NCBI GenBank assembly: GCA_963719315.1
Contig: CAVRBU010000002.1
Span: 192,001-256,000, forward strand
Origin: an uncultured Planctomycetota bacterium
GTDB lineage: Bacteria; Planctomycetota; Planctomycetia; Pirellulales; Lacipirellulaceae
Direction: 5' to 3'
DNA: 64,000 nucleotides
Part shown: in pieces, positions 1 through 9,501 of the stretch
How positions within the stretch are numbered: position 1 is the first letter of the stretch
Layout: the number at the start of each line of letters is the position of its first letter
Translations under genes and position numbers: made by a program
The notes under the pieces: generated by a model
What the model was told of the DNA's origin: nothing
Databases searched by the model: none
What the model saw: only the letters and a program-made list of their open reading frames with translations

Positions 1-1
1 C

Positions 2-1336
2 GATGGTACGCTGCTCGCGCTTCGTCGCGTGCTCGAAACGTTCGCCTCTATCCCCGTCTACCGTAGCCACGTCTTGCCGGTGGAGCGGATTCGCGAGCGA
101 TCCATGGCAGCGCTCAATGACTTCCTAGCAATTCAGCGCTATAGCGAAGCGCTAACGTTGCTGGATCATTTCACGCCGCTCTTTTCTCGTACTGAGCAGC
201 TCGAGTTGCGCGGCAATGCGCTCGAGCAATGGGGCAATCGGCTCGTCACCCAGGCTACGACCGATTTGCAAGAACCTAACTACGACCGGGTCGCCGGCCT
301 GGAACATCTGCGGGCAGCCGGAGTAGCGTTTGCGCAACTCGCGGACCTGCGTTTCTCCACGAAGTTTTACACGGCGGACTTGTGGCGCAGCGCGGAGGAT
401 TTTTTCCAAGGCCAAAGCTTTTCGCATACGGTTCAAGCGTTGCGCAAGTATCTGCAGTACGAGCCGGAGCTGCGAAACGCCCAAGCCCTGTTGCGATTGG
501 GCCAGGCCCAACTGGCGCTGGGACGAGTCCCGCAAAGTATAGCCACCTTGGAAGAGTGCATCGAATTCCATCCGCTCGACAGCTCGACCTTTCAGGCCCG
601 TATCGATTGCGCCAAAGCCTATTGGTATCAGGGCAACACCGACCGGGCCGAGCAACTGCTGCGAGACAATATCGCCGGCAGCTCCCTCAAGCCGCTCAGC
701 CCCGAATGGAAAGACTCGCTCTTCGAGCTGGGAATGTTGCTCCACGAGAAAGAGAAGTTCGAGGACGCGATCGGCACGTTGGAAGAGGCGGTCGAGCGCT
801 ATCCGCAGGATCCGCAGCGGCTCGTCGCCCAATACGTGATCGGCGAATCGTACCGGCGCTGGGCCCAGGAGCTGCTCGATGCTGCCCAGAAATCGCACAC
901 CAGCAGTGAACAAGACAAAACCGCGCAACTGGCCACGCAACGGCTGAATACGGCACTCAGCCAGTTCGAGGAAGTGCACCGAACCATCACACTCAAAACC
1001 CACGACATCCACAGCGACCCGTTGATGGGCACGATGCTCCGCAACTGCTACATGCTGGAAGGCACCGTGCTGTTCGATCTCGAGCGCTACAAGGACGCCA
1101 TCGAGGCGTACTCGAATGTTTCGTCGTTGTACCCGGATGAACCATTCGTGTTGGAAACATTCGTACAAATTGCCAACTGCTGGCGCCGACTCGAGAAGCG
1201 CGACAACGCGCTCGGCGCCGTGCATCAGGCACAGATCGTCTTGGAACGCCTGCCGGCCGATTCCGACTTCGCGAGCACCACCGTACTCAGCCGCGAGGAA
1301 TGGCGGATGCTGCTGGCAAACATGAGCAAGTGGTAG
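2..1336 (+). CDS. Tetratricopeptide-repeat protein, 5'-truncated by the window edge
   Basis: Frame is open from base 2; repeated TPR-like helices (AQALLRLGQAQLALG, SLFELGMLLHEKEKFEDAI, VLFDLERYKDAIEAY). Confidence 0.8.
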   Translation, partial: DGTLLALRRVLETFASIPVYRSHVLPVERIRERSMAALNDFLAIQRYSEALTLLDHFTPLFSRTEQLELRGNALEQWGNRLVTQATTDLQEPNYDRVAGLEHLRAAGVAFAQLADLRFSTKFYTADLWRSAEDFFQGQSFSHTVQALRKYLQYEPELRNAQALLRLGQAQLALGRVPQSIATLEECIEFHPLDSSTFQARIDCAKAYWYQGNTDRAEQLLRDNIAGSSLKPLSPEWKDSLFELGMLLHEKEKFEDAIGTLEEAVERYPQDPQRLVAQYVIGESYRRWAQELLDAAQKSHTSSEQDKTAQLATQRLNTALSQFEEVHRTITLKTHDIHSDPLMGTMLRNCYMLEGTVLFDLERYKDAIEAYSNVSSLYPDEPFVLETFVQIANCWRRLEKRDNALGAVHQAQIVLERLPADSDFASTTVLSREEWRMLLANMSKW

Positions 1337-1408
1337 GGAAAAGGTGTCGGCTGTCGGGTGTCGGCGTCCTGACGCCAGACACCTGAAACCTGAAACCTCA
1401 ACAAAACA

Positions 1409-1831
1409 ATGCAAGCCACCGAGCAACTCGCCGAGCTGATCCGCAAGAAGCATCAAGTGCTGATGCAGCTTCGCGATATTGGCCGGCGCCAAGCGGACCT
1501 CGTCAGCGGCGGCGAGATCGCGGCGTTGCTCAAGTTGCTGGCCGGAAAGCAACAATTGATCGTGGCTTTACAAGATTTGGAGCGCGCACTCAAACCCTAT
1601 TACGCTCAAAACCCGGATTCGCGTGTGTGGCACTCGCCGGCGGAGAGAGCCCAAATCTCTCAGTTGGCTTCCGAGTGCAACACGCTGCTGGAGGAAATCG
1701 TGAGCTTGGAGAAACGCGGCGCCGAGCAAATGGACGCCCGCAAGAATGAGGTAGCCGAGCAACTGCAGCAGGTTCACGCCGCCGCCCACGTCCGTAACGC
1801 TTACGAAGCCCAACGCCGGAGCATCGCCTAA
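1409..1831 (+). CDS. FlgN-like flagellar export chaperone
   Basis: 140-aa all-helical protein with a FlgN-like pattern (LLAGKQQLIVALQDLE), at the head of a flagellar cluster. Confidence 0.6.
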   Translation: MQATEQLAELIRKKHQVLMQLRDIGRRQADLVSGGEIAALLKLLAGKQQLIVALQDLERALKPYYAQNPDSRVWHSPAERAQISQLASECNTLLEEIVSLEKRGAEQMDARKNEVAEQLQQVHAAAHVRNAYEAQRRSIA

Positions 1832-1839
1832 CATGAGAC

Positions 1840-1902
1840 GTAGCTGAATTCTCAAGAATTCAGCCCAACATTAAATACCGGAATTCTTGTGAATTCCGCT
1901 AT
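1840..1902. repeat. REP-like palindrome pair (GTAGC[T/G]GAATTC family)
   Basis: GTAGCTGAATTCTCAAGAATTCAGC; related copies at 17164-17191 and 33276-33337. Confidence 0.7.
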
Positions 1903-2821
1903 GAAGTGCATGCGACCTGATCCAAACAACGAGATGATGCTGACGACCGCCGCGGCCGAACCGACGCTGAGCGTCGCGTTCGCCGGCGAACCGTCGGAGT
2001 TGCTCGACGGCAACGTCGATTTGGAAACCGTGCTCGCGGCCTGGCACACGGCCACGCTGCGGCTCGAACGAACGCACGAAACACTGTGCGGCGAGGTGGC
2101 TCGCCTTACAAAAGAACTGGAAATCAAGAATCGCGAACTGGCACGAAAAAACCGCTTGGCCGACCTCGGCCAGATGGCGTCCCACGTTGCCCACGAAGTG
2201 CGCAACAACCTAGTGCCCGTTTCGCTGTACGTGAGCTTGCTGAGACGGAGGCTGACCGACGACTCGGGCAGCCTGAACATTTTGTCCAAGATCGAGGCAG
2301 GGTTTACCGCCCTGGAAGCGACCGTGAGCGATCTATTAAGTTTCACCGCCCATCGTCAGCCACAATGGCACACGTTTCTCGTCGGCGACTTGGTCAACGA
2401 AGTTTGCGAGTCGCTCGAACCGCAGTTGGAAGCCCAAATGATCGACGTCGATATCGACGTGCCGCCGAACACGCTGCTTTCGGCCGATCGCGAAATGATC
2501 CGCCGCGCCGTGTTGAACCTCGTGCTCAACGCGATCGACGCGATGCGCGACGGCGGCACGCTCGTAATCACCTCCTACGACAGCGCACGTGGCTTCGAGT
2601 TGGAAGTCGCCGATAGCGGCCCCGGCCTTAGCGAAGAGGTGAAGCGTAAGGCATTCGAGCCGTTTTACAGCACGAAGCAAAATGGCACCGGCCTCGGACT
2701 GGCGATCGTGTACCACGTCGCCGAAGCGCACGGCGGCACGGTCACGGCGATGAACTGCCCCGAAGGCGGCGCCGCGTTCACGATCAAGATTCCCCGTCGT
2801 TCGATGCGAGCCGCCGCATGA
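1901..2821 (+). CDS. Cytoplasmic sensor histidine kinase (FleS/FlgS-like); start codon uncertain
   Basis: H-box AHEVRNNL, N-box NLVLNAIDAM, DSGPG, F-box FEPFYSTK, GTGLGL; no TM segment. Confidence 0.9.
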   Translation: MKCMRPDPNNEMMLTTAAAEPTLSVAFAGEPSELLDGNVDLETVLAAWHTATLRLERTHETLCGEVARLTKELEIKNRELARKNRLADLGQMASHVAHEVRNNLVPVSLYVSLLRRRLTDDSGSLNILSKIEAGFTALEATVSDLLSFTAHRQPQWHTFLVGDLVNEVCESLEPQLEAQMIDVDIDVPPNTLLSADREMIRRAVLNLVLNAIDAMRDGGTLVITSYDSARGFELEVADSGPGLSEEVKRKAFEPFYSTKQNGTGLGLAIVYHVAEAHGGTVTAMNCPEGGAAFTIKIPRRSMRAAA

Positions 2822-4242
2822 GTCGCAAACCGAAAAACGACGAACGATTCCGCGTCCTCGTGGTAGACGACCACGCCCGGGCCCGCGATGCCGTGGCCGA
2901 CGTGCTCACGCAGGCTGAGTACATCGTCACCACCTGTGCCAGCGCGAGCGAAGCGCTCGCCAAATTGGCGGGCGAAAGGTTCGATGTCGTCGTCACCGAT
3001 TTGCAGATGCCAGGCATGAATGGGCTGGAGTTCATTTGCGAAATCGAACGCCGCCGGTTCGACGTGCAGGTGCTGATGACCACGGCCCACGGGTCCGTGT
3101 CGTCGGCCGTGGACGCGATGCGGCACGGGGCGTTCGATTATATCGAAAAGCCATTCGACGCATCGGCGCTGGAGCGATCCGTAGCACAAGCCTGCGACCG
3201 ACGCGTAGCAACGACCGACTCGGCTGCTGCCAATACCGCAAACGGCTCGCCCGCAGCTTCGAACATGATCGGCAGCAGCCCTGCCATGCAGCAGTTGCGC
3301 CGGCGAATCACCCAAATTGCGACGACCGACGAAACCGTGCTCATCTGCGGCGAAAGCGGCACGGGCAAGGAACTCGTGGCCCGTGCGATTCATGAGCAAA
3401 GTCGCCGCACAAACGGCCCGCTGGTTAGTCTCAACTGCCCTGCCCTCTCCACGCAGCTCACCGAAAGCGAGCTATTTGGCCACAAACGCGGAGCGTTTAC
3501 GGGCGCCGACGCCGACCGCACTGGCCGGTTCGAAGCGGCACAGGGCGGCTCGATCCTGTTGGACGAAGTCACCGAAATCGACCTCAATCTGCAAGCCAAG
3601 ATGCTCCGCGTGCTACAAGAACGCTCGTTCGAACGCGTGGGTGCGAGCGAGACCGTCTCGGTCGACGTCCGCGTAATTGCCACGACGAATCGCGACCTGT
3701 TGGCGGAAATAGCGGCCGGGCGATTCCGCGAGGACCTGTATTTTCGACTGGCTGTCGTGCCCATCGTGCTGCCGCCGCTACGCGAGCGGCAAGGCGATGT
3801 GCTCGAGCTTGCAGATCATTTCCTCGCGCATGCCGCCGAGCGGCTAAGCCGCAAGCGGTTGACACTCGAACCGTCCGCGCGGGAATTATTGAGTAGCTAC
3901 GACTGGCCGGGCAACGTCCGCGAGCTACAAAACATCATCACACGAGCGTGTGTGTTGAATGCCGGCTCGCCGATCGCGGCAGACGAACTTCGGCCGTGGT
4001 TGCGCGACAGTGGCGGCTTGAACAACGACTGCGATCCGAATGTTGGCAATTTGAATGAAATGCAGACTGACGTAACGCTTAATGAAATGGAGCGCCGCCT
4101 GATCGTGGCAACGCTCAAACGTTGCGACGGACACCGTGCGAAGGCCGCCGAAAAGCTGGGCATCGGCCTACGGACACTTAGCGGCAAGTTGCGCGAATAC
4201 GGTTACTCACCGCGCGAGAAGGATTTTGCGAACGCAGATTAA
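2818..4242 (+). CDS. Sigma54-dependent response regulator (FleR/FlgR/NtrC-like)
   Basis: Receiver (VVDD, TDLQMP), Walker A GESGTGKE, GAFTGA loop, WPGNVREL, C-terminal HTH; ATGA overlap with the kinase. Confidence 0.95.
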   Translation: MSRKPKNDERFRVLVVDDHARARDAVADVLTQAEYIVTTCASASEALAKLAGERFDVVVTDLQMPGMNGLEFICEIERRRFDVQVLMTTAHGSVSSAVDAMRHGAFDYIEKPFDASALERSVAQACDRRVATTDSAAANTANGSPAASNMIGSSPAMQQLRRRITQIATTDETVLICGESGTGKELVARAIHEQSRRTNGPLVSLNCPALSTQLTESELFGHKRGAFTGADADRTGRFEAAQGGSILLDEVTEIDLNLQAKMLRVLQERSFERVGASETVSVDVRVIATTNRDLLAEIAAGRFREDLYFRLAVVPIVLPPLRERQGDVLELADHFLAHAAERLSRKRLTLEPSARELLSSYDWPGNVRELQNIITRACVLNAGSPIAADELRPWLRDSGGLNNDCDPNVGNLNEMQTDVTLNEMERRLIVATLKRCDGHRAKAAEKLGIGLRTLSGKLREYGYSPREKDFANAD

Positions 4243-4471
4243 CAAGCGAACCGGCGAAAATAGCCGCTCGCTAGCGGCAGAAATTGCCAATCCACATACA
4301 AACGACGAATTGGGAAGCCTCGCGCAAAGGCGCAGCGGCGCAAAAAAGAACAAGACAGATAGTGTTTGATAAGCAGGGTAATACATTGATTTTGTGATTC
4401 CTTGCGCGCTTAGCGCCTTTGCGTGAGGCTCTTCGCGCGTCACATCGCGGCGGACCGGCACGGAGGTTGCA

Positions 4472-4921
4472 ATGCTTTCATCGATATTTCAGTCATCCAC
4501 CATTCCGGTGCTCGAGCAGGTCGTGAACTTCACCGAAGCGCGGCACGGAGTGTTGGCCGGCAACATTGCGAACCTCGACACACCGGGTTACAAGACGCGC
4601 GACCTGTCGCCCGAGCAGTTTCAAGAAAAGCTGAAGGAAGCGATCGAGGTCCGCCACCAGCCTGTTACGCCTTACGACTCACGATCGTTCGGCATGACAT
4701 CGGCACACGACGCACAACAACGTGAGGCCAAACAGTTAGCCGCCTTCGAGAAAGTACGCGGCTCCATGAAAAGCATCCTCCGCCACGACGGCGACGATGT
4801 GAGCATGGAACAGCAAGTCAACGAGATCGTGAAAAACCAACAGCAACACAACCTGGCGATCAACATCATGAGCGCACAGTTTCGGTTGCTCAAAACGGCG
4901 ATCACGGAACGCGTAGCGTAA
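4472..4921 (+). CDS. flgB: Flagellar basal-body rod protein FlgB
   Basis: NIANLDTPGYK motif, GGAGG RBS, position before flgC. Confidence 0.9.
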   Translation: MLSSIFQSSTIPVLEQVVNFTEARHGVLAGNIANLDTPGYKTRDLSPEQFQEKLKEAIEVRHQPVTPYDSRSFGMTSAHDAQQREAKQLAAFEKVRGSMKSILRHDGDDVSMEQQVNEIVKNQQQHNLAINIMSAQFRLLKTAITERVA

Positions 4922-5001
4922 GAAAGTTTAGGAGTCTGATGTCATGACTCCGACACCTGACACCTGACACCCGAAACCCGACACCTAGCCAAGAGCTTAC
5001 C

Positions 5002-5412
5002 ATGTTTTCGAGTCTTGACGTTAGCACCAGTGGCCTCGTTGCCCAGCGAACGCGGCTGAATGCGATTTCGTCGAATATCGCAAACATGTCCACCACGCGC
5101 AACGAGCAGGGTCAGCCCGAGCCCTACCAGCCCCGATATGTGACATTTCAAACGGATACCAAACTGACGACGCCCGGCGGCGGAGCTGGCGTACACGTTG
5201 GCAGCATCGAACAATCAACCGAACCACCCAAGTTGAAATACGAACCTGGTCACCCGGATGCCGACGAGCGAGGCTTCGTCCGCTACCCAGCCGTCGACAT
5301 GACCACGGAATTCGTCGACGCCCTCGAAGCCACACGGGCTTACGAGGCGAACGTCGGCGTTATCGAAGTCACCAAAAACATGGCCGACCAGGCGCTGCGG
5401 ATTATTGCCTAA
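5002..5412 (+). CDS. flgC: Flagellar basal-body rod protein FlgC
   Basis: SGLVAQRTRLNAISSNIAN, YEPGHPDAD, ATRAYEAN. Confidence 0.95.
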   Translation: MFSSLDVSTSGLVAQRTRLNAISSNIANMSTTRNEQGQPEPYQPRYVTFQTDTKLTTPGGGAGVHVGSIEQSTEPPKLKYEPGHPDADERGFVRYPAVDMTTEFVDALEATRAYEANVGVIEVTKNMADQALRIIA

Positions 5413-5486
5413 GAACAGGTGTCACGTGTCGGGTGACAGATCTGAACTCCGACGCCTGACACCTGACACCCGACATTTCCTAACCC

Positions 5487-5786
5487 ATGACAGCCATCAA
5501 CAACATTTCGATCGGACAGCAGTTCACGGCGCAGCCCGCGTCGCCGACGGACGGCCAGGCCGGCGGGCCGTCGTTCAAAGATGTGCTGGTCGATTCGATT
5601 CAACAAGTCAACACGATGCAATTGCAGGCCGATCAGGCCGTGGAAACGATGTTCACCGGCGGCGAGGTCAACCCTGCCGAAGTGCTCACGGCCGTGCAAA
5701 AGGCCGACCTTGCGTTTCGGCTCACGATGCAGATGCGCAACAAGTTAATGGAAGTTTATCAGGAAATCAAAGACATACGGATATAG
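5487..5786 (+). CDS. fliE: Hook-basal body protein FliE
   Basis: AVQKADLAFRLTMQMRNKLMEVYQEI. Confidence 0.95.
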   Translation: MTAINNISIGQQFTAQPASPTDGQAGGPSFKDVLVDSIQQVNTMQLQADQAVETMFTGGEVNPAEVLTAVQKADLAFRLTMQMRNKLMEVYQEIKDIRI

Positions 5787-5788
5787 AA

Positions 5789-5871
5789 AGGTATCAGGTG
5801 TCAGGTATCGGAGTTCAGATCTGACACCCGACACCCGACACCCGACACCTGACACCCGACACCCGACACCT
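5789..5871. repeat. Heptamer tandem repeat (CC[C/T]GACA)n with an inverted arm
   Basis: About seven units preceded by complementary GGTGTCA-type units; same family at 1343-1398, 4930-4988 and 5417-5476. Confidence 0.85.
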
Positions 5872-5886
5872 GCTCGGAGTCCACGG

Positions 5887-7552
5887 ATGGATTTTGTGAA
5901 CAAATCTCTCGCCCAAATAAGCGAGCTGTTTCGCTCGATGACGCCCGGCGCTCGGCTGACGGCCGGTCTGCTCTTGGCAGTTGTCGTCGTGAGCATGGGC
6001 TACCTGTTTCGACAGGGCACGAGCGGACCCGATGCCTATTTGTTTGGCGGCGAGCCGCTCTCCGACGGTCAACTCACGCGGGCCGAGGCGGCCATCGCAC
6101 AAGCCGGATTGTCGGGCTACCAGCGCGAAGGCAACCGCATTCGCGTGCCCTCCGGCCAGCAGGCTGCGTACCTGGCAGCCGTCGCCGACCGAGACGCGCT
6201 GCCGCCGAACTTCAACACGATTCTTGAAAATGCGCTGGGTAAGGGAGGCCCCTGGGAATCGCGCGAGCAAACACGCGAGCGGCTAAAAATCGCCCGTCAG
6301 CAAACCCTTTCCGAAATCGTGCGGGCGATGTACTGGGTCGAGAATGCAGTCGTCCTGTACGACGAACACGAGTCGCAAGGCTTGCGCCGTGTCACCGACA
6401 AAACAGGTAAGTGCTTCGGTAAGCGTCAAGCCGCTCAGCGGTGAAACACTCACCCCTCAACGGGCGAAAAGCATTCAGAAGCTCGTCGGGAGCGCGGTCA
6501 ACATGCAGTCGAGCGACGTGTCCATTACCGACCTTGGCGGAGGCGGCGCATACGGCTCCGATAGCGAATTCACGCCCGACATGTTCCCCGAGGGCTCGCT
6601 GATGCAAACCAAAGTCGCGTTCGAAGCGCAGAAACGCGACAGCATTATGAAAGCGCTCCGCGATATCCCGGGCGTGCGGGTCGAAGTCAACGCCGATTTC
6701 GACTCCACGCTTGAAGAGACGACAAACACGGTGAAGCCCGATACCAAGACGGCGGCCGAACGTGAATCGACAAGCGAAGAGAAGTCCTCCCAAATGACGG
6801 CCGATAACGGCGGAGCAACCGGCCTTCGCGCGCAAGGTCCTGGCCGGACGGGCACCAGCCAGGGACCACAGCCGAAAAACCAAAGTGAGACGACTAGCAA
6901 AACGACCGACACGAATTACAGGGTCGGCGTTACGACCAGCAGCGTGCGTAAGACGGGATTCACCCCCAAAGAAGTCTGGGCCACGGTAACGATTCCGAGC
7001 AGCTATATCGAAAGCCTCTGGAAGGCCCGCAACCCGACGGCCACGACGCCTCCAAAACCGGAAGAACTCGGGCCGCTCAAAAACGAGGCGCAAACGAAAG
7101 TCGAAGAAATCGTGGAGCCGTTGGTCAGGTTGCAAGTGAACAGTGGACAAAACCAAATCAAGTACGTGCGCGTGGCGATACTCGATTCGTTGCCGGTGCC
7201 CGAAATCGTGCCGCCCTCGTTTACGACCACGGCCACCTCTTGGATCGGGCAGTATTGGAGCACGCTCGGAATGCTCGGCGTGGCGATGTTCAGCTTGCTC
7301 ATACTGCGCTCGGTCGTAAACGGAAAACCGAGTGACACCGGCGACACGCTTGCATCTGCTGACCCGGGTTTGAAGTTGCACACCGAAGAACCCATGACGA
7401 GCAACGAATCAGCCGAGGAGCCGCAAAGCGATCGGCCCCGCCTGCGATTGAAAAAGGGAAAGTCGCTCAAAGACGACCTGGTGGAAATCGTTCGCGAAGA
7501 CCCCGATGCGGCCGCGGATATTCTGCGATCGTGGATTGGCAAGGCGGGGTGA
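5887..7552 (+). CDS. fliF: MS-ring protein FliF (divergent), split by a frameshift near 6385-6395
   Basis: N-terminal TM, SASVSVK ring motif, second TM and REDPDAAADILRSWI terminus; ORFs 5887-6444 and 6344-7552 join. Confidence 0.8.
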
Positions 7553-7589
7553 TTCGATCGAACGCTTTTCGGTCTAAGCAAGTGAATCA

Positions 7590-8774
7590 ATGAACGGCTC
7601 GCTGATGACATCCAGTGCAAATCTACGAAAGGCCGCCGTGCTGCTGCGCTGCCTCGATGGCGATACGGCCGCGATCATGCTGGCGCAATTCTCGCCGGCG
7701 GAAGCGGCGTCGATCCGGGCCGCGATTCGCGAGTTGGGACCGGTTGATCCCGAAGAGCAGGCGGATGTAATGGCCGAATTCCGCCGCACGCGCCCGGCGA
7801 CGGCATCGGCCACTCCCGGCGGTGTGGAACTAGAACTCTCTGCATCGATGCGCGACGCCGGTTTCTTGTCGAAAGGCAATCGTGAACCTGCCAACGTCTC
7901 TGCAAAGCGATTTGAGTTTTTGGCGAGCGCGCCCACCAGTGCGCTTGTTCCCTATTTAGCCCGCGAAAATGCTCAAACGATTGCCGTGGTATTGGCGCAT
8001 TTGGAGCCCGCCCGAGCGGCCGCCGTGCTCGCCGCACTCCCCGAGAAATTGCAGGCCCATACGATTGAACGGCTATCGGATCTCGGCGAGACCGATCCAG
8101 AAAGCGTAACGGCGCTAGAACGTGAGCTGGCAGCCTGGATGGCCACACGCAAGGAAGATCGTGGGACGATCGCCCGGCGCCGCGAAACCGTAGCGAACAT
8201 TTTGGCAGCCATCGATGCGAAGACTCGCCAGGGCATTTTGAGCAAATTGAAAACGTACAACGGGGCGTTGGCAGAGCAGTTTGCGCCTCCGGAAGAGTCC
8301 GTCGCGAATAGCGAATCCATTCCGCTCCACGGCCGTGAACCCGGAACTGAACGGCAACCCACAAATGGGCGTTACGTATCCAAGCAAGCCGCGGATACGA
8401 GTGCCAGGATTCAACGACAGAGCGGCCCCATTGAACCGCGGGCCCACAACTCGTCGATGCCAACTCTCCGCCCCGCGCCACTGCCGCGCATCGAATTCGA
8501 CCACCTAGTCCATTTGGACACTCCAGCGCTGACCGCCGTGTTGCGCGAAGTCGACGCCAACATTTTGACGATCGCTCTTGCCGGCTCGGACGAAAACCTC
8601 ATCGATCGCATCTGCGCACAAATGCCGGTACGGACCGGCCGGGAGTTTCGGCGTGGTCTACGGCGGCTTGGACCGACTCGGCTGAGCGATGTCGAGGCGG
8701 CGCAGCGCGTGGTCGCAGACACCGCCGCGCGGCTTCTGGCTCAGCGACGTGGGCTCACCACAGCAAGAAGTTAA
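7590..8774 (+). CDS. fliG: FliG-like C-ring protein (divergent, with a long low-complexity linker)
   Basis: LRKAAVLL, ENAQTIAVVLAHL (EHPQ-like), LGPTRLSDVEAAQ; lies between fliF and fliH. Confidence 0.75.
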   Translation: MNGSLMTSSANLRKAAVLLRCLDGDTAAIMLAQFSPAEAASIRAAIRELGPVDPEEQADVMAEFRRTRPATASATPGGVELELSASMRDAGFLSKGNREPANVSAKRFEFLASAPTSALVPYLARENAQTIAVVLAHLEPARAAAVLAALPEKLQAHTIERLSDLGETDPESVTALERELAAWMATRKEDRGTIARRRETVANILAAIDAKTRQGILSKLKTYNGALAEQFAPPEESVANSESIPLHGREPGTERQPTNGRYVSKQAADTSARIQRQSGPIEPRAHNSSMPTLRPAPLPRIEFDHLVHLDTPALTAVLREVDANILTIALAGSDENLIDRICAQMPVRTGREFRRGLRRLGPTRLSDVEAAQRVVADTAARLLAQRRGLTTARS

Positions 8775-8804
8775 ACGCACACGGTTCTCAAAACGTATAC
8801 GAAC

Positions 8805-9473
8805 ATGGCCACGATCATTCGCAAAGACAGCCCACGTGAAACGGCATCCGGCCGCGCGCCGCAAGCCGTCTCGTTCAGCTTCGCCGATATGCGCGGTCAG
8901 GCAAACGACTACCTGGGCACCGTGCGGGCCGAGGCGGCGAAGATCGTACAGCAGGCCCATCAACAAGCCGAACAGATTCGGCGGCAGGCCGAGGTCGCCG
9001 GTCGTAAGGCGGCCGAAGCGGCCGCTGAATGCGTGCTCGACGAAAAAGTCGGTAAACGGATGCAAACGCTTTTGCCCGCGTTGGAGCGGTTGGTAAGCGA
9101 AATCAACGACACGAAAGGTCAGCTACTCGCGCATTGGGAGCAATCTGCGGTGAAAGTCTCATCGGCCATCGCCGAGCGGATCATCCGTCGAGAACTGGCT
9201 CACGAGCCGAACATTACGCTCGACTTAGTTGCGGAATCACTGCGATTGGCGATGGGAGCTGCCGAAATCACGCTGCACGTAAACCCAACCGACTACGAAA
9301 ACCTGGGCTCACAAATCAAACGCCTGGCGGTATCGCTTGCACAACTCACGCCAAACGAGATTGTCGCCGATCCGAGCATCAGCCCCGGCGGATGCCGTGT
9401 CGAAACCAGGTTCGGCGAAATCGACCAGCAAATCGAATCGCAACTGCGGCGGATTGAAGAAGAGTTGGCGTAA
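8805..9473 (+). CDS. fliH: Flagellar export protein FliH
   Basis: Coiled-coil N-terminus, LHVNPTD, DPSISPGGCRVETRFGEID. Confidence 0.9.
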   Translation: MATIIRKDSPRETASGRAPQAVSFSFADMRGQANDYLGTVRAEAAKIVQQAHQQAEQIRRQAEVAGRKAAEAAAECVLDEKVGKRMQTLLPALERLVSEINDTKGQLLAHWEQSAVKVSSAIAERIIRRELAHEPNITLDLVAESLRLAMGAAEITLHVNPTDYENLGSQIKRLAVSLAQLTPNEIVADPSISPGGCRVETRFGEIDQQIESQLRRIEEELA

Positions 9474-9501
9474 CTAACAAAAGAATTTTTAAAACACTGG
9501 T

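Noticed and set aside
152..1555. Long antisense ORFs (also 6392-7381, 23543-24733, 55797-58052, 60335-61501)
   Set aside because: They shadow well-supported genes on the opposite strand, as expected in high-GC DNA, and show no recognisable motifs.
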